Source: Bacteroidota bacterium
GTDB lineage: Bacteria; Bacteroidota; Bacteroidia; AKYH767-A; OLB10
Assembly: GCA_016709725.1 (NCBI GenBank)
Contig: JADJMG010000008.1
Location: 67,189 to 131,188, forward strand
Length of the DNA: 64,000 bases
Reading direction: 5' to 3'
Positions 11,934-23,824 of this stretch are shown one piece after another. Made by a program: the position numbers and the translations under genes. How positions within the stretch are numbered: position 1 is the first letter of the stretch; each line of letters opens with the position of its first letter. The notes under the pieces were generated by a model. It had not been told where the DNA came from. It did no database searches and worked only from the letters and a program-made list of their open reading frames with translations.

Positions 11934-12800
11934 TTATTCAAAGTGGTATTCTTTTCTCATCAGCTCTAATATCCGCTGTGCGCGTTTAGCTCTTTCTTTA
12001 CAAGCCTCTTGTTGTAGTTTACGTGCCCCATAATAGTATTGGGCATTTGTCAGAAACATATTAATTTCCTGTTCGTTGTTTGTAATCAATTTTAATGAAT
12101 CAATATTGGGCTCTTGTTTGGTTTTGAAGATTTGAAATAATACTTGTGCATCAAAAACTTTTCCAGCTCCATACATGTATTCTGTAATCCTGTCTTTGAT
12201 AATGTTGTTTTGCAAGTCAATTGCTTGTAATGAAAAATAATAAGCTGAAATGCTATCCGCCACTTGCTGATTTCTTATTAACCGCAAAAGTCCAGAGTGT
12301 TTCATTTGCTCGAAGGTGCGCGAATTATAACTAAGGAAATTTTTCACGTTCATTGTAGCTGCTCTTTCCAAAAAGTAAATTCTGTTAAGATGCTTATCTC
12401 TGTCGGGACTTTTCATCAGCATCATCAGAGAATCTATATTGGAAAAATATTTAAAAGAAATGCTGTCGTATTCATTAAAATGGTTTACGTCATCTTCTAA
12501 ATCTTCGAATAGGTTCTTTAGGTAAACCTCTTCACGGTCTCTCTCAATTTTATGCTCCAACTGGTATTCTGCTAAAAATCCGCAAAACACAGCCAGGAAT
12601 AGCATTAAAAATTCCCAGAAATAACTCTTCCAATTTTTCTTTCCGTTGTGATGGGCGTGATGATGTACTTCCATATTTTCTGTTTCCTGATTTGGGTGAA
12701 TTCCTTCCGGATCTTTATTAGTAAGAGTTTCGTTAGATGTATTTTCAGAATGAGGGTTTGTCGATCTTTCTAAATGTTTTACTTCTATAGTTTCAATCAT
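11934..12800 (-). CDS. Hypothetical single-pass membrane-anchored protein with His-rich N-terminus
   Basis: 288-aa ORF with a HHHAHH run and one TM segment (FLMLFLAVFCGFLA). Confidence 0.4.
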   Translation of the reverse strand: MIETIEVKHLERSTNPHSENTSNETLTNKDPEGIHPNQETENMEVHHHAHHNGKKNWKSYFWEFLMLFLAVFCGFLAEYQLEHKIERDREEVYLKNLFEDLEDDVNHFNEYDSISFKYFSNIDSLMMLMKSPDRDKHLNRIYFLERAATMNVKNFLSYNSRTFEQMKHSGLLRLIRNQQVADSISAYYFSLQAIDLQNNIIKDRITEYMYGAGKVFDAQVLFQIFKTKQEPNIDSLKLITNNEQEINMFLTNAQYYYGARKLQQEACKERAKRAQRILELMRKEYHFE

Positions 12801-12997
12801 CTATTAAAAGGTCAAATTAAAGAGTTTGCTTTCGCATGACGATGACGTTTTGGAGCTTTGAGTTCTGGCGAGATCAATGTGTGATTACTATTTAGTCTGA
12901 GATATTAAATTTACCAATTAAATTCTATGCGCCAAAATGCACGCCTCCCCGCGGTGTCATGAACAAAGGACCCGCTATGTGTAGGCTTTTTTCCTTA

Positions 12998-13465
12998 CTA
13001 GATATTCTCACTTTGCTCCAATTGTAATTTTTTAATTGCTTCCAATTCTTCTTCTGAAACGACCCAAGTATTTGACCACCTGTCATGCCAACCGTTGCTA
13101 TAATTGTACTTGTCACCGGTGCATGTGAATGGTTCAAATGGAACTATTCTTATTAGTGACCTTAAAATAATTGTTCTTAAGTCTGGTTTGTTTCCATATT
13201 CGTCTATTACAATTGATTTTGTAAGATATTTGCCAGGTGTTTTCTGCCATTTATTTTCACAGATAGCATAAAGTGTTGGATACAAAAGCAAAATAATAAT
13301 TGAATTAAATAAACCAATTGTCAAGTTTAATGCAACATTAAAATTCGACAAATTAATTAACATTTGGAAAGAGTATTCTACAATGTAGATTATAATTTGA
13401 AAGGCAATCAAATCAATTATAAAATGACCAAATCGTGGTCCAGGTGTAATGCTTTTACGGGTCTT
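12998..13465 (-). pseudogene. RDD-family membrane protein, apparently lacking a proper start. The open frame extends upstream to a TAA without a start codon.
   Basis: The in-frame upstream extension reads ...PRFGHFIIDLIAFQIII, an RDD-like motif. It is preceded by a stop, and the only start candidate is an internal TTG. Confidence 0.35.
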
Positions 13466-13873
13466 TTAGCAATATATTCTTCTGTGTCTCTTTCTCGGTT
13501 TCCATATGCATCTAATAGATGAATAGTACGCCACCTAGTCTCTGTAAGCTCTGTAATTTTTTTTCATAGTTTTGGATAAAACTTTTTAACTTTATTTCTT
13601 GAAAAAAAGATTTGCATATACTTTACTATTATTCAGATGTTCTATTTTCCAATAAAGCTTACACATTACGTTTTGACGGTTGGCGAAGAAGCGGATTCCG
13701 AAGTACTAAGTTAAATCTTTTCCCTGAACTCATTTCGAAGCTATAAATTTATTTATCATATGAAACCGTCTTTTTGCCAACCATGTGTTAGTTATAGGTT
13801 TTCGTCTTTAGCGTTGAAATAAATATTAGAATGAGATCTATATTTTATAAAAATATACATAAATTTGTAAAAG

Positions 13874-14776
13874 ATGAGTAAGGCAAAAATAATCGGAAAC
13901 GATTTTAAAATAAAGTTTGACGGTCAACAGCACCAAGTTGATGCAAACGTTCTTGTCAGTAGTCTAATACATACAACTACTATTGTTCAAGAAGTAAATA
14001 AATACTTGAATAGTGGTAAGAAGATTGAAATAAAAGTCAAAGCACTTGAAAAAGGTAGTTTTCTTTGTCATATTGAACTTGTTGAAACTACTATAGATTC
14101 TTTAAAGAATTTACTTACAAAGGATAATATCGAGGTCGGCGCTGCCATCGTTACAACAGTTGTCGGAATAATTGAGTTAAAGAAGTTTTTAAAAGGGAAG
14201 AAAGCAAAAGAAGTTCAAAAGCAAGGAGATAGAACTAAAATTATAAACAAAGATGGTAATGTCTTAATTATTGAGAACGCAACCTTTAATATTTATGAGC
14301 ATAGTCCTGTTGTAAAAGATGCTTTAGCTCAAAATTTTGATGCCTTAAATAACGACCCTGCAATTACTGGGTTTGAGATTACTGATAAAAATGAAAACGC
14401 CTTAGTTAGAGTCGATAAAAGTGAGTTTGTTGAATTATCTCAGAAGTCCGAAGAAGTTGAAGAAGGGGAGAGGAAAATTGTCGAGGCGGCAACTGTTAAT
14501 GTTGTACGAGTTTCATTTGAGGAAAGTTTAAAGTGGGATTTTTATTACAGAGGAATTAAAATTTCAGCAAAAATAGCAGACCCATCATTTTATGAGTTAA
14601 TTGATAAAGGTGAAGCATTTGCAAAAGGAGATGTTTTAGAAGTCGAATTACAGATACACCAAAAATTTGATGAAAGTGTCAATACATTTGTAACGAAATC
14701 CTACACAGTAAATAAAATTGTCAGACACTTATCAAGAAACGAACAACAAAAAATAAATTTCAAGCCAGAAGAATAG
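13874..14776 (+). CDS. Orphan 300-aa cytoplasmic protein of unknown function in an AT-rich islet
   Basis: Clean ORF with no signal peptide and about 460 bp of AT-rich non-coding sequence upstream. Confidence 0.5.
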   Translation: MSKAKIIGNDFKIKFDGQQHQVDANVLVSSLIHTTTIVQEVNKYLNSGKKIEIKVKALEKGSFLCHIELVETTIDSLKNLLTKDNIEVGAAIVTTVVGIIELKKFLKGKKAKEVQKQGDRTKIINKDGNVLIIENATFNIYEHSPVVKDALAQNFDALNNDPAITGFEITDKNENALVRVDKSEFVELSQKSEEVEEGERKIVEAATVNVVRVSFEESLKWDFYYRGIKISAKIADPSFYELIDKGEAFAKGDVLEVELQIHQKFDESVNTFVTKSYTVNKIVRHLSRNEQQKINFKPEE

Positions 14777-14816
14777 TTAAACAAAAATTTATTTTGTTCG
14801 ATTTTGCATTTGAAAA

Positions 14817-15386
14817 TCATTCCTTCGGCACTGAATATTCCATCCCGAAAAGTTTAGCATATTCTTCCAGCGTAGACATTCCAATTTTTGCGCGACGGAC
14901 ATTTACATTTTTTTCGTCTTCGATAGGGTAGAATTCAGGGGCGCCTGTGTCTTTATTGAAGACAACCTGACTCCCATAAATTTGTTTTCTTTCTTGTCGC
15001 ATCAAGATACGATCTTGCATTAAGGCTACGTTGCTAAATTTTGATTCGCCTATTTCTGCTGATTTTTGAAGTAAAGGAAAATACATTAACTGCGTTTCTA
15101 AATTAGCGTGTTGGATGACTAAAAACAAGGCACTATTCGCCTTTTCTCCAATCATGCTTCTGCCCATCCATCCGTATTTGTCCAGTAACATTTTTACTTG
15201 AACTAAATTGCAGCTGTCGATGTATTGCATAAAGGCAGCAGAATCGGCGCCCGTACGTGTTTTTTGATCACGCTCATAAATGGCATGTAATTCAGTTTGG
15301 ATGGCTAAGGTGTCGATGGGAGTTTGTGCTGAAGAATTCTTCCAACAAAAAAGGCTTAGTACGAAGATTAATTTTATCTTTTTCAT
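14817..15386 (-). CDS. Secreted protein/lipoprotein of unknown function (DUF6624-like)
   Basis: Signal peptide MKKIKLIFVLSLFCWKNSSAQ. Confidence 0.45.
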   Translation of the reverse strand: MKKIKLIFVLSLFCWKNSSAQTPIDTLAIQTELHAIYERDQKTRTGADSAAFMQYIDSCNLVQVKMLLDKYGWMGRSMIGEKANSALFLVIQHANLETQLMYFPLLQKSAEIGESKFSNVALMQDRILMRQERKQIYGSQVVFNKDTGAPEFYPIEDEKNVNVRRAKIGMSTLEEYAKLFGMEYSVPKE

Positions 15387-15427
15387 TGCATCCTATTTGA
15401 TTAATTCATCCTATTTATTCAATAAAC

Positions 15428-16015
15428 TCATCTAAACCGATACTGAAATCCCATATTTAAAAGGGGTACAAATTGGTCGATGATTAAGAAAAATCCATTC
15501 GCCGACCCGATCCCCGCTCCCAATTGAACTTCGAAATTTTTTACTGCTTTAATCTTCACACCAAAACCCGCAGTATTTTCAATGACCAAGCGTTTATGCT
15601 TTGCTGTATATGCAAGTGCGTGTTCAATAGTATAAACTTCATACCCGTAAAAGTAAGTTTGAAAAAAGGGTACTACTGGACCTTTCACTTGATTATAAGT
15701 ATACATATATCCAAACATGGCACCTCCACTTTCTTGCTCTAAAGGAGAAACTGAATATACTAATGTATTACTCCTAATTTGCGTTAAGCACGGACCCATT
15801 ATAAATGCGCTGTTTTTGTAAGTAAAAACTACCGCTGGTGTACTATGAACATTAGGATAGTTGTAATGATAACTTACATGTAATCCAATCCCCATTTTTT
15901 TTGAAACAGTAGCAGAATCATTTATTGTATCATCGCCATTAAAATTTGGACATGCTATCGCAGGTATACTAAGTAAAAACAGGAAGAAAATAATAATTCC
16001 TTTAATCATATCCAT
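15428..16015 (-). CDS. Putative outer-membrane beta-barrel protein
   Basis: Signal peptide, alternating aromatic/Gly beta-strand pattern, C-terminal ...FQYRFR. Confidence 0.4.
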   Translation of the reverse strand: MDMIKGIIIFFLFLLSIPAIACPNFNGDDTINDSATVSKKMGIGLHVSYHYNYPNVHSTPAVVFTYKNSAFIMGPCLTQIRSNTLVYSVSPLEQESGGAMFGYMYTYNQVKGPVVPFFQTYFYGYEVYTIEHALAYTAKHKRLVIENTAGFGVKIKAVKNFEVQLGAGIGSANGFFLIIDQFVPLLNMGFQYRFR

Positions 16016-16039
16016 TCAAGAAAGGAATAAGTTTACAAC

Positions 16040-18349
16040 TTACGTCTTCGCAGTCCGACTATCCGCTTTAGCATCCGATTTGATACTAGCATTATATTCC
16101 GCTTCTCTCGACTGCGCATCCACCACGGCAATGGTTACCATGTTTACAATTTCACGGACAGTGGAACCGAGTTGTAAAATATGTACTGGCTTTTTCAAAC
16201 CGAGAATGATAGGTCCAATGGCTTCAGCGCCTCCACGGGTTTGCATCAATTTGTATGCAATATTCCCAGCATCTAAACTTGGAAAGATAAGCGTGTTGGC
16301 TCCCTGCTCCGCTAAATCGCTAAATGGATAATTGTCTTTTAACATCTGCGGATTAAAAGCAATATTTGCTTGGATTTCTCCATCCACTAATAAGTCGGGA
16401 TACTTAGCATGTAAAATTTCTACAGCTCTGCGCATCTTCAATGCACTTTCGGTATTAGACGATCCAAAATTGGAATAGGATAATAATGCAATGCGTGGCT
16501 TAATATTAAATTGTCGTACAGCCCTCGCCGTTAGTAATGTGATTTCTACAATGTCTTCGGAAGTAGGATCGATGTTGATGGTGGTATCCGCAAAGAAAAT
16601 AGGGCCATCCTTCGTAATCAAAATATACATCCCCGCCACTTTCCCCACATGCGCTTCGGTACCAATGATACGAAGAGCCGGTTTAATGGTATCCACATAA
16701 TTACGAGTAAGACCAGAAATAAGCGCATCGGCCTGTCCGGTTTCCACCATCATAGCGCCATAGTAATTTCGCTCTTGCATCATCTTCTTCGCTTCATACA
16801 TCGTGAAACCACGACGCATTCTCTTCTCGAAAAATAATTTCCCAAACTCTTCTAAGGTCTGACTCTCTTCGCGGGGATCAATAATTTGAATATTGTCTAA
16901 TCGCAATTGATGCTCGTCGATGAGCGCTTGAATTTTCTTTTTGTTACCAAGTAAAATAGGTTGAGCAATTCCTTCCTCTTTTACAATTTGTGCCGTCTTT
17001 AAAATTTTGTACGTATCCGCATCTGCAAAAACCACACGCTTTGGATTCTGTTTCGCTTTGTTGGTAATAACACGAATTAATTTATTGTCGAGACCTAAAC
17101 GTTTCTTCAAATCGTTCTCATACTTTTCCCAATCGGTGATGGGCTTTTGCGCTACACCGGATTCGATGGCCGCACGTGCCACTGCAGGAGCAACAGTATG
17201 TATTAAACGCGGATCTAAGGGCTTAGGAATGATATAATCTTTTCCGAAACTAATATTCTTTTTGTTGTACGCTAAGTTCACCAATTCAGGAACGGGCTCT
17301 TTCGCCAACTGAGCGATGGCATGCACCGCAGCCAACTTCATCGTTTCATTTATTTGTGTGGCACGCACATCCAAAGCCCCTCTGAAGATGAAAGGAAAAC
17401 CAATTACATTATTCACTTGGTTAGGATAATCGCTGCGACCTGTGGCCATGATGATGTCAGGACGAGCAGCAATGGCATCGTCGTACATAATTTCTGGATC
17501 TGGATTCGCCATCGCAAAAACGATTGGATCAGCAGCCATACTTCGCAAATGATTTCCGTTGATGATATTTCCCTTTGACAAACCAATAAACACATCTGCA
17601 TTCACAAACGCCTCCTCAAGGGTATTTATATTTCGATGTGTAGCAAAACGAATTTTGTGTACATCTAAATTATCACGGTCGTGACGAATCACGCCTGTGC
17701 TGTCGAGCATAATAATATTCTCGAGCTTAGCGCCTAATGAAACAAACAACGATGTACACGAAATAGCAGAAGCACCTGCACCGTTCACTACAATTTGTAC
17801 TTCTTCAATTTTCTTTCCTGAAATTTCAAGTGCGTTGATCAATGCAGCTCCCGAAATGATTGCCGTTCCATGTTGATCATCGTGCATCACGGGAATTTTC
17901 AGCTCCTCTTTTAGTCGACGCTCAATTTCAAAACACTCAGGCGCTTTAATATCTTCCAAATTAATTCCACCAAAAGTGGGTGAAATCGCTTTTACTGTTT
18001 TTACAAAATCATCTACATTGGTTTGATCAATTTCAATGTCGAACACATCGATGTCAGCAAAAATTTTGAAGAGTAATCCTTTTCCTTCCATCACAGGCTT
18101 CGAAGCTTCGGGACCAATATTTCCTAGACCTAATACTGCGGTTCCATTCGAAATAACGGCTACTAAATTTCCTTTTGCTGTATATTTATAAACGTCTTCT
18201 GGATTCTTTTCAATCTCCAAACAAGGCTCTGCAACGCCGGGGGAATAGGCTAATGCTAAATCGCGCTGAGTGCTGTAGGGTTTACTTGGAATAACTTCAA
18301 TCTTCCCTGGTCGACCTGACGAATGATAATCTAATGCTTCTTGATTCAT
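16040..18349 (-). CDS. maeB: NADP-dependent malic enzyme (malic enzyme domain fused to a phosphate acetyltransferase-like domain)
   Basis: 769 aa. N-terminus [19 protein letters not shown]...[13 protein letters not shown] is canonical MaeB. Confidence 0.9.
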   Translation of the reverse strand: MNQEALDYHSSGRPGKIEVIPSKPYSTQRDLALAYSPGVAEPCLEIEKNPEDVYKYTAKGNLVAVISNGTAVLGLGNIGPEASKPVMEGKGLLFKIFADIDVFDIEIDQTNVDDFVKTVKAISPTFGGINLEDIKAPECFEIERRLKEELKIPVMHDDQHGTAIISGAALINALEISGKKIEEVQIVVNGAGASAISCTSLFVSLGAKLENIIMLDSTGVIRHDRDNLDVHKIRFATHRNINTLEEAFVNADVFIGLSKGNIINGNHLRSMAADPIVFAMANPDPEIMYDDAIAARPDIIMATGRSDYPNQVNNVIGFPFIFRGALDVRATQINETMKLAAVHAIAQLAKEPVPELVNLAYNKKNISFGKDYIIPKPLDPRLIHTVAPAVARAAIESGVAQKPITDWEKYENDLKKRLGLDNKLIRVITNKAKQNPKRVVFADADTYKILKTAQIVKEEGIAQPILLGNKKKIQALIDEHQLRLDNIQIIDPREESQTLEEFGKLFFEKRMRRGFTMYEAKKMMQERNYYGAMMVETGQADALISGLTRNYVDTIKPALRIIGTEAHVGKVAGMYILITKDGPIFFADTTINIDPTSEDIVEITLLTARAVRQFNIKPRIALLSYSNFGSSNTESALKMRRAVEILHAKYPDLLVDGEIQANIAFNPQMLKDNYPFSDLAEQGANTLIFPSLDAGNIAYKLMQTRGGAEAIGPIILGLKKPVHILQLGSTVREIVNMVTIAVVDAQSREAEYNASIKSDAKADSRTAKT

Positions 18350-18465
18350 TGCTTTATTTTAACGATTTAAACTCTCTGAAATTATGTTGGTCGCATTACT
18401 TACGCTTCACATAAATCAATCCTTGTACACTAACTAAAATCAAAAAATAAAAATTCCTATAAAAT

Positions 18466-18490
18466 AGAAAAGGGACAAACGTCCCTCTTC
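18466..18490 (-). terminator. Rho-independent terminator downstream of the 18511..19239 gene (gggac-aaac-gtccc hairpin plus U-run on the minus strand)
   Basis: Direct reading. Confidence 0.5.
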
Positions 18491-18510
18491 TAATCAATTA
18501 TTTTAAGTGA

Positions 18511-19239
18511 TTAACGGTGATTCACCACTAAACGACTTGTATCTTTCACTTTTCCGTTAGAAATATAAGAAACCATATACATTCCTGCTTTCAAATCGGA
18601 TGTTGTTAAAACCAATGCTCCTGATTTTCCAGGGATGTCCATTGACTTCACTTTTGTTCCCAACATATTAAATACAATTAAGCGATCAGAATTATCTGCT
18701 GACTTTAAATTGTAATTATAAACAGTAAAAGCATCAGCAGGATTTTGCAAAGGCTTTGACAAACCAAATGCTTCATCATTTTCTCCAAGAGAAGTTGTGA
18801 TATCCCAAGCTAAATCAACACCTACGGAATCAGAAATATTATCAGTATCAAAAATTCGATAGTGAATGGATGCAGGTCCATAAACTCCAGTAGGGTTTAA
18901 AGTTGCTTTAAATGAATTATCGATTGAGTTTGCTAAGATCGTATCTTGACCATTTGACATGGCTGTTCCCGGAGGGTAACATAACCCCGTAGTTGCGCCG
19001 TAGCAGAAAAACTCAAATTGCCCAGACTGGATATAATTAATAATTCTTTCAATACGTACTTTCTTAAGAGTGTTTGAAGTGTTGGAAATAGCTACATAAG
19101 CGTCAATAGGCAACCAAGGATCAGAACTCACTGATACTGGAGTGACGTTACTTAAAGTAAAAGTTTGTGCAACGGCACTACTTAAACTTCCCAACACAAC
19201 TGCTGATAATAAGACAAGAGTAAATTTTTTCATACGCAT
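18511..19239 (-). CDS. Secreted protein with T9SS type-A C-terminal sorting domain
   Basis: Signal peptide. C-terminal ...LVLTTSDLKAGMYMVSYISNGKVKDTSRLVVNHR. Confidence 0.6.
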   Translation of the reverse strand: MRMKKFTLVLLSAVVLGSLSSAVAQTFTLSNVTPVSVSSDPWLPIDAYVAISNTSNTLKKVRIERIINYIQSGQFEFFCYGATTGLCYPPGTAMSNGQDTILANSIDNSFKATLNPTGVYGPASIHYRIFDTDNISDSVGVDLAWDITTSLGENDEAFGLSKPLQNPADAFTVYNYNLKSADNSDRLIVFNMLGTKVKSMDIPGKSGALVLTTSDLKAGMYMVSYISNGKVKDTSRLVVNHR

Positions 19240-19330
19240 TTTATATTATTTGCTTTGGAGGGTTAAAGATAATAAAATCTTCTCAATACCTAGCAATACC
19301 CATCTTGAATTCTGACAATTAGATTGCAAA

Positions 19331-20769
19331 TTAATTCATTTTATACACTTTAGATGTTTCTTGGCCTCTTTCACCCTTGGCGTTTAAAAAGTACATTCCA
19401 TCAGACAACCTACTGATATCAAGAACTTTAAAATAATTTTTATCGCCATCTTCATGAAAAAGCAGTTGCCCAGCAACATCAAACAAATTCCATGATTTCA
19501 CCAAAAAATTGGTTTTTACAGCAAATTGTCCATGGGTAGGGTTTGGATGCACGACCATTTCATCTTCAGGAAAACTTCCATTTTCAGGCATAGCAGTAAG
19601 TCCAGCTTCATCGATATGTAACAAGTAAAAATCTTCATCTGCATTGGTTCGTCTTCCAGCCACATAATATCCTCCACCTAAGGCAGTTGTTATACTATAT
19701 CCTATATCGATTCCATTGCCACCATACTCTTTCACAAACTGTAAATTTCCTAAAGAATCTGTGCGTATCACTGCCAAATTCAGGGGTTGGGTTCCATTCG
19801 AAAAGCTATTTGAATAGCCGCATCCAATTAAATCGCCATTGGGGTTTCAATCACATCAAAAAGAGCATCGGTGCCAGTACCTCCAAATACTTTTTCTCTC
19901 AAAAAACCACCCATCTCATCAAACATATAAAAGAAGAAGTCGAAAAGTGAAAAGGTTGCAATTTCTGTTTCGCCATAAACCACATTCACTCCTGAACTTG
20001 TTTGCATCAGGCCTTGACATCCATTCTGAAAAAGGTCACCATGAACGTTTGCAAAATTCACTGTACCGGAATTATTCACTCCCAAAAGTTGAACATCATA
20101 CCCTCCATTTCCACTACTTTTTGTATCAGATGATAACACATAATTTCGATTTGAAGATTCAATGATCTTCATTCCATAATCGTTATCCACGGCGGCATAC
20201 GCGGTATCCCAAACTTTGTCACCATTGGCATCTAGTTTTAAAACATAGACATCATTCGTACCCCAAGCATCCGTAGTTGAACCACAAAGAATATACATGC
20301 CATCGCTTGTTTTCTCCACATACTTGCAACTTTGGTTTCCGGGTCCGCCATAATTTTTTCGCCACAATTCTAGTCCCGCACTATCCACCTTAATCACTAA
20401 AATTTCTTGTTCCAATGGACCCGTCGTTGCCGTTAATCCAAGCAATATCAAATCAAAAGAATCGGCCAAATTCATGTAAAGTCCAAAATCAACATCGGGC
20501 GTACCGTAGTACTTTGTCCAAAGGAAATCACCTTGAGGGCTCAACTTAGAAAGAGCGAAATCCTCCCCCTGAGTACTTGTATTTGATGAATAACCAAACA
20601 GATAGACACAGCTATCGGGATTTTGTTTAACGGCAAAAGCGATATCCACTCCCGTTTGTCCATACGATTTTTCAAAAAAAGGAACTTGTGAAAATGAAGA
20701 ATTAAAACCAATCAACAAAAAAATCAATGGAAAGAGGTGGAAATGCTTTTGGAATGCAATCTTTTTCAT
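19331..20769 (-). CDS. SBBP-repeat beta-propeller T9SS cargo protein, split by a frameshift near 19800-19830 (G4 run)
   Basis: The 313-aa N-terminal ORF has repeated YGG..D.G...GN.Y..G.T blades. The 148-aa ORF carries the type-A CTD (VHPNPTHGQF...MYFLNAKGERG). The two are adjacent and out of frame. Confidence 0.65.
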
Positions 20770-20912
20770 AATATTGTATTATTATTATAAGAATTGTAAT
20801 TATTCGTAGTGCTCTTTGTAAAAAGCAATAATTCAATAATTAATTCCTTACTTTTATTCATTCAAAAAAAAACTAATTCTCAAAATTAACTAAAACATAT
20901 TAAAACCAAACA

Positions 20913-22777
20913 ATGAAAAAACTCTACACACTTGCACTAGCAATGTTTGTTGGTGTTGCTGTAAATGCACAATCACAACGCTTAACATTATTAGAAGAAT
21001 TCACACAAGCATCTTGCGGTCCTTGTGCTGCGCAAAATCCTGCTTTAAATGCATTGCTTGCCGGCAATGAGTCTAAAACGGTATCTATCAAATATCAAAC
21101 AAACTGGCCAGGTGTGGATCCAATGAATACTCAAACTCAAACATGGGTAGGTCCACGTGTAACATATTATGCGGTGGGCGGTGTTCCAAATATTCAATTT
21201 GATGGAAACGTATTAACTGCAGTTGCTCCAAATGAATTAAGTCAATCTGGAATCAACAATCGTTATGCAGTAGCCTCTCCATTGGATGTGGTTGTTACTC
21301 ATGCTTACAATGCTACTTACGACTCTATCACCATCAGTGTTGATGTTACTTGTACTCAAGCTGCAACTGGTACTTTAGTTCTACACACAGTTCTAGTAGA
21401 AAAGATGTTAATTTTTGCGTAGCGCCAGGTACAAATGGCGAAACAGAATTTTTCTCTGTAATGCGCAAAATGCTTCCTAATGCTACTGGAACTACCCTTG
21501 CTGCTGCTTGGACTGTAGGTCAAACACAAAACTTCCAATTTACAACTGCGGTTCCTACTTATGTCTATGACAAAAAGGAATTAGCAATTATTGCATTCGT
21601 GCAAAACAACGCTAATAAAGAAGTTCTACAAACAGGCATTAGCAATCCTCTTGCCTTACCTTTAGATGGATCTATCGTTGCTTGTGGTAACTCTTCTCTA
21701 ACTTGTGTTGGTTCTTACTCTCCAACCGTTGAATTAACAAACTATGGAACGTCTACCTTAACTACTGCTGATTTATCATACACCATTGCAGGTAACACGT
21801 TACCTTATACATGGAACGGTTCTTTAGCGACAGGAACTTCGACAACAATTTCTCTTCCTGCAGTTACTTTAAATAGTTGTACAAACACTTTCACTTGTAA
21901 CATTACTGGTGTTAATGGAACTACTGATTTTGTAGCAAACAACAACACCTATACAGCTACCATTATTTATAACAATACCGCTGGTGTTATTGCTCCAGTT
22001 ACAGAAGTATTTGTTGCTGCGACATACCCTCCAACAAACTGGTTAAGAATTAACGGCGGTAATGCTGCTGCAACATGGACAAGAAATGCGGTAGGTACTT
22101 CAGCTAACAACGGTTCATCTAAGATGGACTTCTACAACAGTCCAGATGCTGACGTAGATGAATTATTAACTCCAAAATTCGATTTGAGCACTGCTATTAC
22201 TCCTACATTAACTTTCTCTTTAGCGAAAGCTGGTTATACAGGATTTAGTGATTTACTTGAAGTTATGGTTTCTACAGATTGCGGAGCAACTTGGAATACA
22301 GAGTGGTCACAAGCTGATCCAACACTTTTAACTTCAGGATACATGACAGGAGCATTCACTCCAGTTTCAGGAAGTACTACACAATGGCGTAGTGAGTCTT
22401 TCAGTCTTAACTCTTATGTTGGACAACCAGAAGTATTGGTTAAATTCAAAGCTACTTCAGGATACGGTAACAATCTTTACATTGACGATGTAAATTTATC
22501 AGTTGCAGTTGGTGTGAACGAAAATACACTTGATCAACAAATCAATTTATTCCCAATCCCAAGCACAGGTGATGTATTCTTAAACTTAAGCGCAGTAAAA
22601 GATAATATGGTTCGTATTTCTATTAACGATGTTACTGGAAAAACAATTGAAACTTATACAACTGCTAAGAGCAATCAACATAAGGTTGTTATGAATTCTT
22701 TACAAGATGGAACGTACTTCATTCAAATTGATGCTGATTCACAACGCATCATTAAGAAAGTTGTATTAACTAAATAA
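20913..22777 (+). CDS. Omp28-related protein with a T9SS C-terminal sorting domain, split by a frameshift near 21395-21410 (A-run)
   Basis: N-terminus LEEFTQASCGPCAAQNP is an Omp28-like motif. The frame-shifted continuation reads KDVNFCVAPGTNGE. C-terminus DGTYFIQIDADSQRIIKKVVLTK is the CTD. Confidence 0.55.
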
Positions 22778-22800
22778 AAATATCTAATCAATCAATACTA

Positions 22801-22831
22801 GGGAATCGGTGCTACCGATTCCCTTTTTTAT
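22801..22831 (+). terminator. Rho-independent terminator (gggaatcggt-gcta-ccgattccc plus T7)
   Basis: Direct reading. Confidence 0.7.
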
Positions 22832-23039
22832 TTGAGATCACTAAAAACCGAGGAGACTTCGTTTTACAAAAATTTTCAAATCCTTATTTACTCTCGATAA
22901 ACTCCGATGTTGCCTCGTCTGCGAGATTTTTAAAGATACCTCTTTTCTTTAGTGACGCTTCCATGAAGCCTTAAAATTCCACTTTCTTTCCCTTCATTAA
23001 TTTTGTACTTTTGATATTCTAAAAATCTAAACTTACAGT

Positions 23040-23540
23040 ATGAAAAATTTATGGCTCGTTGTGGCTTCTCTTTTTATCTTCAATTTGAGTATTGCACAAG
23101 ACAACAAATCGGATATTGCGTCTGTCACCATTAAGGACATTGACGGCAAACCTTTCAACACAGCAGATATAAAAAATGATGGCAAACCCATTATCATCGA
23201 TTTTTGGGCTACTTGGTGTAAGCCTTGCATTGCTTCATTAAAAGATATGAACGAGTCGTACGCAGACTGGCAACAAGAAACAGGAGTAAAAATTTATGCT
23301 ATTTCTATTGATGATTCCAGAACCATGAGTTCAGTGGCTCCATTTGTTGCTGGAAAAGGCTGGGAATTTGATGTTTTATTAGATCCAAATTCTGATTTCA
23401 GAAGAGCAATGAACGTAAATAATGTACCGCACACCTTTTTAATTGATGGATCCGGAAAAATTGTGATGCAAAGAAATACATATTCTCCTGGAGACGACGA
23501 AAAGATGTACGAAGAAATTAAAAAGTTAACTGCAAAATAA
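23040..23540 (+). CDS. TlpA/redoxin-family thiol-disulfide oxidoreductase (periplasmic thioredoxin-like)
   Basis: Signal peptide. WATWCKPC active-site motif. Confidence 0.75.
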   Translation: MKNLWLVVASLFIFNLSIAQDNKSDIASVTIKDIDGKPFNTADIKNDGKPIIIDFWATWCKPCIASLKDMNESYADWQQETGVKIYAISIDDSRTMSSVAPFVAGKGWEFDVLLDPNSDFRRAMNVNNVPHTFLIDGSGKIVMQRNTYSPGDDEKMYEEIKKLTAK

Positions 23541-23560
23541 TAAAGTATTTACATTGTATA

Positions 23561-23588
23561 AGGGGGCCTAAAGCTCCCTTTTTTTATG
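23561..23588 (+). terminator. Probable rho-independent terminator (GC hairpin plus T8)
   Basis: Direct reading. The stem is short. Confidence 0.5.
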
Positions 23589-23824
23589 ACTACATTTAGT
23601 GGTTGACTCTACCCAAACAATCCATTAAACTCATATAGTAAAAGGTCAATAACCTGAATAATGCAATAGAAAAATCTATTGCATTATTAATGTAGAAATC
23701 GCAAAAAGCGATTACACATCAGGATTATCCCTGACAAAAACTTCGTATTCGTCAGCCAAAAGGGCAAATTATGCTATTGCATAATTTGGGATAAAGATAT
23801 TTGCTCTATTTTAGCTCCTCCAAT

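Noticed and set aside
12925-13137. ORF 12925..13137(-) overlapping the RDD-family gene
   Set aside because: It lies in an alternative frame within a better-supported ORF.
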